Shown here: one piece after another, positions 49,601-61,463 of the stretch
Position numbering within the stretch: the stretch's first letter is position 1
Layout: every line of letters starts with the position of its first letter
Assembly (NCBI GenBank): GCA_002269645.1
Contig: NIVC01000792.1
Location: 1 to 64,000 of the forward strand
Direction of reading: 5' to 3'
Length of the DNA stretch: 64,000 nucleotides
From: Macrostomum lignano
Lineage: Eukaryota
Position numbers and translations under genes: made by a program
Notes under the pieces: generated by a model
What the model saw: the letters and a program-made list of their open reading frames with translations, nothing else
The model's database searches: none
What the model was told of the DNA's origin: nothing

Positions 49601-52600
49601 ACCATGCTTGAGGGTTACCGCAATCCCTTGACAACACCGTATGAGATTCAGTTTAGCAAAGGCCACTGTACACTCATCATGTCGAGAGGAGAAGCCTGTT
49701 GCAAAGTAGCTTACAATATTCTTTCGACGAGCGTGGAAATTTATCCACGCTTTCCACGCTTTAGAAAAGCACCACTTACAGTATCCAGAATGTGAAACAG
49801 CGACATCCCCAGCTGGCAGTCGATTGCGGTCGAGTCCTTTCGTACTGGCCGGCTGGTGATGTCGTAGCCGCGCATGAGGAACTGCTTGAGCCGGTACTCC
49901 ACCGAGGCGCTTCCGTGCGGCATGTCGGCTGTCCAGGTGTACGCATCGCCTGCAGCGGTTGTGTTATGCGTTAGCGATTCGGGTGGGGAATCCTGCGCGG
50001 TGCGCTGATTAGGGCGGATTGTGCTGATGCTGGATTGTTTGTTGATAGTGATGGATTTTTTGTTGGAAGTGACGGAGATTTTTTTCTCAGAGTGACGGAT
50101 TGTTTATTGAGAGTGACAGATTGTTCGTTAAGAGTGACGGATTTTTTTGCGAGTGACAGATTGTTTGTTAATAGTGACGGAGATTGTTTGCTGAGACTGG
50201 CGGATTGTTTGTTGAGAGTGACGGATTGTTTATTGAGAGTGACAGATAATGATTGAGAGTGACAGATAATGATTGAGAGTTACAGATAAGAAATGAGATT
50301 GACAGATAACAATTGAGAGTGACAGATAATGATTGAGACTGACAAATAATGATTGAGACTGACAGATAACAATTGAGAGTGACAGATAACAATTGAGAGT
50401 GACAGATAATGATTGAGACTGACAGATAACAATTGAGAGTGACAGATAATGATTGAGAGTGACAGATAACAATTGAGAGTGACAGATAACAATTGAGAGT
50501 GACAGATAACAATTGAGAGTGACAGATAATGATTGAGACTGACAGATAACAATTGAGAGTGACAGATAACAATTGAGAGTGACAGATAACAATTGAGACT
50601 GACAGATAACAATTGAGACTGACAGATAATGATTGAGACTGACAAATAACAATTGAGAGTGACAGATAATGATTGAGAGTGACAGATAACAATTGAGAGT
50701 GACAGATAACAATTGAGAGTGACAGATAATGATTGAGACTGACAAATAACAATTGAGAGTGATAGATAATGATTGAGAGTGACAGATAATGATTGAGAGG
50801 AACAGATAACAATTGAGAGTGACAGATAATGATTGAGAGTGACAGATAACAATTGAGAGTGACAGATAACAATTGAGAGTTATAGATAATGATTGAGACT
50901 GACAAATAACAATTGAGAGTGACAGATAATGATTGAGAGGAACAGATAACAATTGAGAGTGACAGATAACAATTGAGAGTGACAGATAACAATTGAGACT
51001 GACAGATAATGATTGAGACTGACAAATAACAATTGAGAGTGACAGATAATGATTGAGAGGAACAGATAACAATTGAGAGTGACAGATAACAATTGAGAGT
51101 GACAGATAACAATTGAGACTGACAGATAATGATTGAGACTGACAAATAACAATTGAGAGTGACAGATAATGATTGAGAGGAACAGATAACAATTGAGAGT
51201 GACAGATAACAATTGAGAGTGACAGATAATGATTGAGACTGACAAATAACAATTGAGAGTGACAGATAATGATTGAGAGTGACAGATAACAATTGAGAGT
51301 GACAGATAATGATTGAGAGTGACAGATAATGATTGAGAGTGACAGATAATGATTGAGAGTGACAGATAACAATTGAGAGTGACAGATAACAATTGAGAGT
51401 GACAGATAACAATTGAGAGTGACAGATAATGATTGAGAGTGACAGATAATGATTGAGAGTGACAGATAATGATTGAGAGTGACAGATAACAATTGAGAGT
51501 GACAAATAACAATTGAGAGTGACAGATAATGATTGAGACTGACAAATAACAATTGAGAGTGATAGATAATGATTAAGAGTGACAGATAATGATTGAGAGG
51601 GACAGATAACAATTGAGAGTGACAAATAACAATTGAGAGTGACAGATAATGATTGAGAGTGACAGATAACAATTGAGAGGGACAGATAACAATTGAGAGT
51701 GATAGATAATGATTGAGAGTGACAGATAATGATTGAGACTGACAGATAACAATTGAGAGTGACAGATAACAATTGAGAGTGACAGATAACAATTGAGACT
51801 GACAGATAATGATTGAGACTGACAAATAACAATTGAGACTGACAGATAACAATTGAGAGTGACAGATAATGATTGAGAGGGACAGATAATGATTGAGAGC
51901 GACAGATAATGATTGAGAGTGACAGATAATGATTGAGAGTTACAGATAAGAAATGAGACTGACAGATAACAATTGAGACTGACAGATAACAATTAAGAGT
52001 GACAGATAATGATTGAGACTGACAGATAACAATTGAGAGTGACAGATAACAATTGAGAGTGACAGATAACAATTGAGACTGACAGATAACAATTAAGACT
52101 GACAGATAATGATTGAGACTGACAAATAACAATTGAGAGTGACAGATAATGATTGAGAGTGACAGATAGCAATTGAGAGTGATAGATAATGATTGAGAGT
52201 GACAGATAATGATTGAGAGTGACAGATAATGATTGAGAGGAACAGATAACAATTGAGAGTGACAGATAATGATTGAGAGTGACAGATAACAATTGAGAGT
52301 GACAGATAACAATTGAGACTGACAGATAATGATTGAGACTGACAAATAACAATTGAGAGTGACAGATAATGATTGAGAGTGACAGATAACAATTGAGAGT
52401 GATAGATAATGATTGAGAGAAACAGATAACAATTGAGAGTGACAGATAATGATTGAGACTGACAGATAATGATTGAGAGTGACAGATAATGATTGAGAGT
52501 GACAGATAACAATTGAGAGTGATAGATAATGATTGAGAGTGACAGATAATGATTGAGAGTGACAGATAATGATTGAGAGGAACAGATAACAATTGAGAGT

Positions 52601-55600
52601 GACAGATAATGATTGAGAGGGACAGATAATGATTGAGAGTGACAGATAATGATTGAGAGTGACAGATAATGATTGAGAGTTACAGATAAGAAATGAGACT
52701 GACAGATAACAATTGAGACTGACAGATAACAATTGTGAGTGACAGATAATGATTGAGAGGGACAGATAATGATTGAGAGTGATAGATAATGATTGAGAGT
52801 GACAGATAACAATTGAGAGTGATAGATAATGATTGAGAGTGACAGATAATGATTGAGAGTGACAGATAATGATTGAGAGGAACAGATAACAATTGAGAGT
52901 GACAGATAATGATTGAGAGTGACAGATAATGATTGAGAGTTACAGATAAGAAATGAGACTGACAGATAACAATTGGTCAAGCCAAGCCAAAAACTGTTCA
53001 AGCCAAAAAGATTCAATTTCTAGCCAAGAACCAGCGAAAAGTCTATATGCAAGGAATTCCGGCAGTCTCAGACGGACGGCTCAGACTAGGGCCTCCTATT
53101 CAGCCTAGCTCCCGAAGGCGGGAACAGTGCAATTAAGCAGTTAATTATCACCTTCTGAGCTACCGCAGCCCCTTGAGCAGCAGGTTCTAGTTACACTATC
53201 AAGCCTTAGCCTTATCGGAATTTTTACTAGTCAGCAGGGATTGCGGGAAGCCAAGTCCAGCGCAGCAGTCATAATCAATTGCTTGTGCCCAGCAGGCATT
53301 CACTTCCGGACCATTGCACACTGCCTCCCTCGCCTCGGTGTACTAACAACCCATCATGATGCACTACCAGTGTAGTTGATAAAACGACAAAGTGTATTAT
53401 GGGATAAAAAATTAGATAAGATATTTCTCCCGTTTCTGTAACGTCTTTGCATTCTCCGACAGGCAGTTGGTTTCTTGGGGCAGATTGGGAACAATAGGGA
53501 TCTGTATACGCGAGGGGAGATAGATATCGCTCTGTCAAGGAGGTCGTTCATCTTGCCTAAATTCGCTTTCATAATGAATAAGATCGACCTAGATGGCGCT
53601 GCGGAATGAATAGCAGCAGCTGAACTAACGGCAGCTGAAGTTGTGTATGCAAGTCTGAATTGCAGCTGACTGCCTCTGTAATCTTGAATTTATTGGCTGC
53701 AGCTCTGCCAACAGATCATGTTCTACTTTCGGGATAATTTCGTTTGTATCAAAATAAAAAAAATGCTCCTAAATAAGAATTTGCAGAAGACAGAAGGGAC
53801 ACATTCAGACGGACAGAATGACACATTCAGATGGACAGACTGACACATTCAGACGGACAGAATGACACATTCAGATGGACAGACTGACACATTCAGACGG
53901 ACAGAATGACACATTCAGATGGACAGACTGACACATTCAGATGGACAGAATGACACATTCAGATGGACAGACTGACACATTCAGATGGACAGAATGACAC
54001 ATTCAGATGGACAGAATGACATTTTCAGACGGACGGAATGACACATTCAGATGGACAGACTGACACATTCAGATTGACAGAATGACACATTCATATGGAC
54101 AGAATAATACATTCAGATGGACAGACTGACACATTCAGATTGACAGAATGATACATTCAGATGGACAGAATGACACATTCAGATGGTCAGAATCACACAT
54201 TCAGATTGACAGAATGACACATTTAGATTGACAGAATGACACATTTAGATTGACAGAATGACACATTCAGATGGACAGAATGACACATTCAGATGGACAG
54301 AATGACACATTCCGATTGACAGAATGATACATTCAGATGGACAGGATGACACATTCAGATGGATAGAATCACACATTCAGATTGACACATTCAGATTGAC
54401 ACATTCAGATTGACACATTCAGATTGACACATTCAGATTGACACATTCAGATTGACACATTCAGATTGACACATTCAGATTGACAGAATGACACATTCAG
54501 ATTGACAGACTGACACATTCAGATGGACAGCATGACACATTCGGATGAACAGAATGACACATTACTTGGTCAAAATGACACATTCAGATAGTCAGAATGA
54601 CAATTTCAGATGGTTAGAATGACACATTAGGGAAGACAGAATGACACATTAGGGAAGACAGAATCTTCCCTATGGGGATACAAAATGGGGATACAAGGGA
54701 AGACAGAATGACACATTAGGGAAGACAGAATGACACATTAGGGAAGACACATTAGGGAAGACAGAATGACACATTAGGGAAGACACATTAGGGAAGACAG
54801 AATGACACATTAGGGAAGACAGAATGACACATTAGGGAAGACAAAATGACACATTAGGGAAGACAGAATGACACACAAAAAACTCACCAGTTTCTACAAT
54901 CCACCCAAGGCCGCAGCAGAGCACCAAAATATTTCCCCACAGCCTTGAAAGTGTCATTAATTTAGTGACTGAACGTCTCAGGCCTCAAAGGTCTCCGAAC
55001 GCCTAAAGCATGCCAAATACATGTATTATATACCGAATGCTTCCATCAGAGAGTTGTTGCGCTTTTTATTGATTTTTTTCGGCAGCCAATCAGAGATGCT
55101 TTAACAAGGCCCTATTGAGGATCATGTGGGATTGCCGCATGAAATTGCTGCCACCACAGTGCGAAGCGGCCGGGATAATTCAGGGGGGGGGTTTCATAGT
55201 TCCCAACGCGACAAGAGGCTACTATTGCTGATCCTCAGGACAAAAGTTTACGCATGCGGTCTTGCTAGATAAAACTGCTCAGTAATTGCAATACAGATTT
55301 TCAGATTTCGCGACCACGGTTTATCTCAAAGCTTATCTGTATTGCTTTGTAACTACATCTGATATTTTGTCCTATAATGACTTTCGAAGATTTTTACATG
55401 ACTTTCTACGGCTTTCTATATTTCTATGCCTCTATGACTTTCTGTGTCTTTCTATGACTTTCTGTGTCTTTCTATGACTTTCTATGACTTTCTATGACTT
55501 TCTATGACTTTCTATGACTTTCTATGACTTTCTATGACTTTCTGTGTCTTTCTATGACTTTCTATGACTTTCTATGACTTTCTATGACTTTCTGTGTCTT

Positions 55601-58600
55601 TCTATGACTTTCTATGACTTTCTATGACTTTCTATGACTTTCTATGACTTTCTATGACTTTCTATGACTTTCTATGACTTTCTATGACTTTCTATGACTT
55701 TCTATGACTTTCTATGACTTTCTATGACTTTCTGTGTCTTTCTATGACTTTCTATGACTTTCTATGACTTTCTATGACTTTCTGTGTCTTTCTATGACTT
55801 TCTATGACTTTCTATGACTTTCTATGACTTTCTATGACTTTCTATGACTTTCTATGACTTTCTATGACTTTCTGTGTCTTTCTATGTCTTTCTATGACTT
55901 TCTGGGTCTTTCTATGACTTTCTATGACTTTCTATGACTTTCTATGACTTTCTATGACTTTCTATGACTTTCTATGACTTTCTGTGTCTTTCTATGACTT
56001 TCTATGACTTTCTATGACTTTCTATGACTTTCTATGACTTTCTATGACTTTCTATGATTTTCTATGTCTTTCTATGACTTTCTGGGTCTTTCTATGACTT
56101 TCTATGACTTTCTATGACTTTCTATGACTTTCTATGACTTTCTATGACTTTCTGTGTCTTTCTATGACTTTCTATGACTTTCTATGACTTTCTATGACTT
56201 TCTATGACTTTCTATGACTTTCTATGACTTTCTATGACTTTCTGTGTCTTTCTATGTCTTTCTATGACTTTCTGGGTCTTTCTATGACTTTCTATGACTT
56301 TCTATGACTTTCTATGACTTTCTATGACTTTCTATGACTTTCTGTGTCTTTCTATGACTTTCTATGACTTTCTATGACTTTCTATGACTTTCTATGACTT
56401 TCTATGATTTTCTATGTCTTTCTATGACTTTCTGGGTCTTTCTATGACTTTCTATGACTTTCTATGACTTTCTATGACTTTCTATGACTTTCTATGACTT
56501 TCTATGACTTTCTATGACTTTCTATGACTTTCTATGACTTTCTATGACTTTCTATGACTTTCTATGACTTTCTATGACTTTCTATGACTTTCTATGATTT
56601 TCTATGTCTTTCTATGACTTTCTATGTCTTTCTATGACTTTCTGGGTCTTTCTATGACTTTCTATGACTTTCTATGACTTTCTATGACTTTCTCTGACTT
56701 TCTATGACTTTCTGTGTCTTTCTATGACTTTCTATGACTTTCTATGACTTTCTATGACTTTCTATGACTTTCTATGACTTTCTATGACTTTCTATGACTT
56801 TCTGTGTCTTTCTATGTCTTTCTATGACTTTCTATGACTTTCTATGACTTTCTATGACTTTCTATGACTTTCTATGACTTTCTATGACTTTCTATGACTT
56901 TCTATGACTTTCTGTGTCTTTCTATGACTTTCTATGACTTTCTATGACTTTCTATGACTTTCTATGACTTTCTATGATTTTCTATGTCTTTCTATGACTT
57001 TCTGGGTCTTTCTATGACTTTCTATGACTTTCTATGACTTTCTATGACTTTCTATGACTTTCTATGACTTTCTATGACTTTCTATGACTTTCTATGACTT
57101 TCTATGTCTTTCTATGACTTTCTGGGTCTTTCTATGACTTTCTATGACTTTCTATGACTTTCTATGACTTTCTATGACTTTCTATGACTTTCTATGACTT
57201 TCTATGACTTTCTGTGTCTTTCTATGACTTTCTGTGTCTTTCTATGACTTTCTATGACTTTCTATAACTTTCTATGGCCTTCTGCGGCTTTCTCTTACAT
57301 TTTATAATCTAGACGTCTTAGATCATTGTATGAATTTCTATGATTTATATGCCATTGTCGTAGCCGTGTCGTTCGCTGCCACTTTGTTGTAAGTCTCACC
57401 TTTCTAGTTATTAGTAGTTATTGTAAATATTTTTCACTAGTAATGCTAAGAACAACGAAAAAAGATGAATTTATTATGTGGTTGATTGCTGATTTTAGAT
57501 TCAGGTGTTGGCAAGCTCCGGCCTGCAGGCCAAATTCGGCCCGCGAAGCCTCTCTATCCGGCCTTCGGTTCCTTTGAAAACTTCTCTCCTCTCCCTCTCC
57601 CTCTCTCCTCTCTCCTCTCTCTCTCTCCTCTCCCTCTCTCCTCTCTCCTCTCTCCTCTCTCTCTCTCTCCTCTCCCTCTCCCTCTCTCCTCTCTCCTCTC
57701 TCTCTCTCCTCTCCCTCTCTCCTCTCTCCTCTCTCTCTCTCCTCTCTCCTCTCCCTCTCCCTCTCTCCTCTCCCTCTCTCCTCTCTCCTCTCTCTCTCCT
57801 CTCTCCTCTCCCTCTCCCTCTCTCCTCTCCCTCTCTCCTCTCTCTCTCTCTCCTCTCCCTCTCCCTCTCTCCTCTCTCCTCTCTCTCTCCTCTCCCTCTC
57901 CCTCTCTCCTCTCTCCTCTCTCTCTCTCCTCTCCCTCTCTCCTCTCTCCTCTCTCCTCTCTCTCTCTCTCCTCTCCCTCTCCCTCTCTCCTCTCTCCTCT
58001 CTCTCTCCTCTCCCTCACTCCTCTCTTCTCTCTCCTTTCTCCTTTCCTCCACTCTTTTCTCTCTCTCTCCTCTCCCTCTCTCCTCTCCCTCTCCTCTCTC
58101 CTCTCTCCTCTCCCTCTCTCCTCTCCCTCTCCCTCTCTCCTCTCTCCTTTCTCCTTTCCTCCACTCTTTTCTCTCTCTCCTCTCTCATCCCCTCTCCTCT
58201 CTTCTCTCTCTTCTCTCTTCTCTCTCTCTCTCCTCTCCTCTCCTCTCCTCTCCTCTCCTCTCCTCTCCTTCTCTCTTTTCTTTCATCTCTTCTCAAATCT
58301 CATCTCAAATTTTCTATCTCCTTTCCTCCCTCAGCTGGCCTTTCTTCTCCTCTTGACATAAAATGTTGCCAACTCCATCTCTAAATTTTCAGCAGCACCT
58401 TCGCTTTTGGTTTTTTTGTTTACCTCAGAAGTTAAATATGCATATCACTAATATTTAATATTCAAATCACCGTTCAACTCTACTAACAGTACGAAAACTA
58501 GAACATTATTTTCGTTGTTCTTTTCTAAATCGTACTTCCATTTTTGTACAGAAAAATGCACAAGAAAATTTATTATAGGAAACAAACATTTTATAGTATT

Positions 58601-60522
58601 TGTCATGCTATCTCAGCCTAGAGACATCCAAACTCAGCCAGTCCCATTCCGCAATGCGTTTTTTTGGCTCGAGCTAGTCGACTTTTACCATAGACATGCT
58701 TCTTAAGGCCATGCTAACTCAGCCTGGGACATGCAATCTCAGCCAATATAGATTTCAATTGCAAACAGATCTCAATGCTATCATTTCTATAACGTGACAT
58801 GAAATGGCAACAAACAGCAATGAATGAACGCAGCAAGAAAAGTCAGTAAGAATCTGAAAAGTGGCTGAGATTGCATGTCCCAGGCTGAGATAGCATGGCC
58901 TTAAGAAGCATGTCTATGGTAAAACTTGACTGGCTTACGTAAAAAATCGCACTGTCGAGATGGGCTGGCTGAGTTTGGATGTCTCTAGGCTGAGATAGCA
59001 TGACAAATACTATATTAACAGCAGAGAGTGAGCTTCTTTTTCAATCTCATGCGATAATTGACTTGTAAATTGGCTGCTTCATCCCAGTATTGTTCACTGC
59101 AATACCTATGAACGCATAATACAGCAATTTGCACTCATTCACGAGAGAAGTTGCTCAAGCGAGCACAGCGCCTCTGTAAGAGAAATAGTTAGGGACGAGT
59201 AACAGAAAACGGGCTGGGAAAAATGCAATCATTTCCCACGCCCGACCGCGCGCGCTGCCTGCGGGAGGATCTGGGCGCTTCTTGATCCCCGGGACCGACC
59301 GCATTAGGAGCTCATAAAAATTCTGCGGGGTGCCTGACGCAGCAGTGACTGATAAATAAAGCATTGCTCTGTTAAACAGGGCCCGCTGTAAGTGTGTTCT
59401 GGCCTCACCTAATCCTGCCCGTCTCAGTGGGATTTGACTGAAGGCGGAATAGGTTCGCGATTTCATTTGAAAATGATGCTTTTGGACCACTTTTGTTTAT
59501 TGCTGACTATTATCTGCAGTGAGCAATGATATCGGGATTGAGACAGACAGTCAGAAAGACAGACAGACAGACAGACAGGCAGGCAGACAGACAGACAGAC
59601 AGACAGACACTAAGACAGGAAGACACTAAGACAGGCAGACACTAAGACAGGCAGACACTAAGACAGGCAGACACTAAGACAGGAAGACACTAAGACAGGC
59701 AGACACTAAGACAGGCAGACAAGAAGACAGGCAGACACTAAGCCAGGCAGACACTAAGACAGGCAGACACTAAGACAGGCAGACACTAAGCCAGGCAGAC
59801 ACTAAGACAGGCAGACACTAAGACAGGCAGACACTAAGACAGACAGACACTAAGACAGACAGACACTAAGACAGGCAGACACTAAGACAGGCAGACACTA
59901 AGACAGGAAGACACTAAGACAGACAGACACTAAGACAGGAAGACAAGAAGGCAGGCAGACACTAAGACAGACAGGCAGACACTAAGACAGACAGACACTA
60001 AGACAGGCAGACACTAAGACAGGAAGACACTAAGACAGGCAGACACTAAGACAGACAGACACTAAGACAGGCAGACACTAAGACAGACAGACACTAAGAC
60101 AGGAAGACAAGAAGGCAGGCAGACACTAAGACAGACAGGCAGACACTAAGACAGACAGACACTAAGACAGACAGACACTAAGACAGGCAGACACTAAGAC
60201 AGACAGACACTAAGACAGGAAGACAAGAAGGCAGGCAGACACTAAGACAGACAGACAGACACTAAGACAGACAGACACTAGGACAGGCAGACATTAAGAC
60301 AGGAAGACAAAAAGGCAGGCAGACACTAAGACAGACAGACAGACACTAAGACAGACAGACACTAGGACAGGCAGACATTAAGACAGGAAGACAAAAGGCA
60401 GGCAGACACTAAGACAGGCAGACATATCAGAAGCACAGCTTACCTCTGACGGCTCTCAGCTGGAGCAGCAGAATCGCCAGTAGCTGCAGCGCCCTCAAGA
60501 ATGGAGATCTGTCTGTCCGCAT
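46675..60522 (-). CDS. nicotinic acetylcholine receptor alpha-like Cys-loop subunit (~528 aa); exons 60522-60444 (or 54957-54888), 49949-49780, 49340-49296, 49205-49099, 48839-48301, 47321-46675
   Basis: Signal peptide, WRPDL, Cys-loop CTLDVRYFPFDTQDC, loop B SWTYDG, loop C YPCC, M1-M3, GEK before M2, M4 ALDWIFFWVF. All joins GT-AG with consistent phases, including the 45-nt exon typical of nAChR genes. Confidence 0.93.
47855..48202. repeat. intronic minisatellite, 35 bp unit (GACTCTGACTCAAGGCTCAGAGTGTGTGCCTACCT)
   Basis: ~10 direct copies. Confidence 0.95.
50030..52976. repeat. intronic satellite, 20 bp unit (GACAGATAA[TG/CA]ATTGAGAGT), ~140 copies, degenerate left edge
   Basis: Direct tandem repeat; source of the 854-aa and other periodic ORFs. 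Confidence 0.98.
53795..54875. repeat. composite minisatellite, 22 bp unit (GACACATTCAGATGGACAGAAT) with 14-bp and GACACATTAGGGAAGACAGAAT sub-blocks
   Basis: Directly visible tandem units. Confidence 0.95.
54888..54957 (-). CDS. second candidate signal-peptide exon of the nAChR-like gene
   Basis: ATG..MTLSRLWGNILVLCCGLGWIVET plus phase-1 donor G|GTGAGT, in frame with the exon at 49949. Confidence 0.5.
55430..57275. repeat. 10 bp tandem repeat (TCTATGACTT), ~185 copies
   Basis: Direct tandem repeat with recurring variant units. Confidence 0.98.
57502..58378 (+). mobile_element. degenerate hAT (Charlie-like) MITE shell around a ~750 bp CT-rich tract
   Basis: Left CAGGTGTTGGCAAGCTCCGGCCTGCAGGCCAAATTCGGCCCGCG, right AAATGTTGCCAACTCC; CT low-complexity 57585-58340. 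Confidence 0.55.
58594..59012. mobile_element. foldback MITE with ~150 bp inverted arms and TA target duplication (Tc1/mariner-like)
   Basis: 58594-58745 is the inverse of 58862-59012; TA at 58592-58593 and 59013-59014. Confidence 0.85.
59545..60424. repeat. GACA microsatellite grading into a 16 bp minisatellite (ACTAAGACAGGCAGAC)
   Basis: Directly visible. Confidence 0.95.
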
Positions 60523-61214
60523 TGACCAACAGCCGAGTTGGTGGCTCTCAGTGGCGAAATTTCCGTCAGGTTAGGCAGTGGGGGTGCAATAAAACTGCTC
60601 CGCACTGCTCAAGACTCGAGGGGGGAGTGTTCAGTCAAGCCAGGATTGGTCGAAACGGAACTGAGCACCGGCGGTTTATGCGACCTTGGCTTCCAGCTGA
60701 GCGATCGAGTCGCTGGCTATGAAATGCATTATTGATTTTGTCAACCAATTCGCCCACTCAACCCCGCGATTCGGCCCTTTGTACCCCTCAACTTATCGCA
60801 TTAGCATCTACAACTTTGCTGAGCTGGGTCTGGAGCTGCTGCTCAGGTTATTGTCTCGGGTAGTTCGAAAAAAATCCTCTCCCACACTCGCTTGAGCTCC
60901 TCTCCGGCTCTCTCTTTTTCTCTTTCTCGATATGCACAAGCGAAAGTGCAATTGCTGCACTTTAGTGCAATGGCGACTGCAGTTAATGTGCTTTCAAGGG
61001 AATCGACAGACTTCACGGAAGCGAATTCAGTTCAAAACATTGAAGTCGCGACTTACCGCTCTTATGTGGTTGACTATAAAGATAAATATCTTAATATAAA
61101 GATTAAGTTTAAATCAAATATATGTTTACCTCTTTTATTTTAAAATGTCAAAAATATCAAGAAATAAAAAATGTTTTTGTCAGTGAGTAATATACTAAGT
61201 ATAACAAGTAACTT

Positions 61215-61310
61215 ATAACAGTAACTACAGCAGTACCTATAGCAGTAACCATAGCAGTAACTATAGCAGTAACCATAGCAGTAACTACAGCAGCAACAAT
61301 AGCAGTAGCA
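61215..61310. repeat. short 12 bp tandem repeat (CAGTAACTATAG)
   Basis: ~7 diverged copies. Confidence 0.75.
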
Positions 61311-61463
61311 GAGGAAAACAGAATAAAGCTACTAATATAATTTGCACGCTTTGAAGAGTAAATTGAATTCTAAGCACAACGAATGCAAAGTGATTGGAGT
61401 ATCTGCTTCCTGACGAACTATTTTGGCTCTGGGAGCCTCAAGTTTTTCAAGGTGCATTCGAGC

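Noticed and set aside
50168-53016. 854-aa and other long Leu/Ser/Ile/Cys ORFs
   Set aside because: Translations of a 20-bp satellite whose minus strand lacks stops; intronic, no real start context.
57486-58361. Leu/Ser/Pro and Glu/Arg/Gly ORFs
   Set aside because: CT/GA low-complexity tract.
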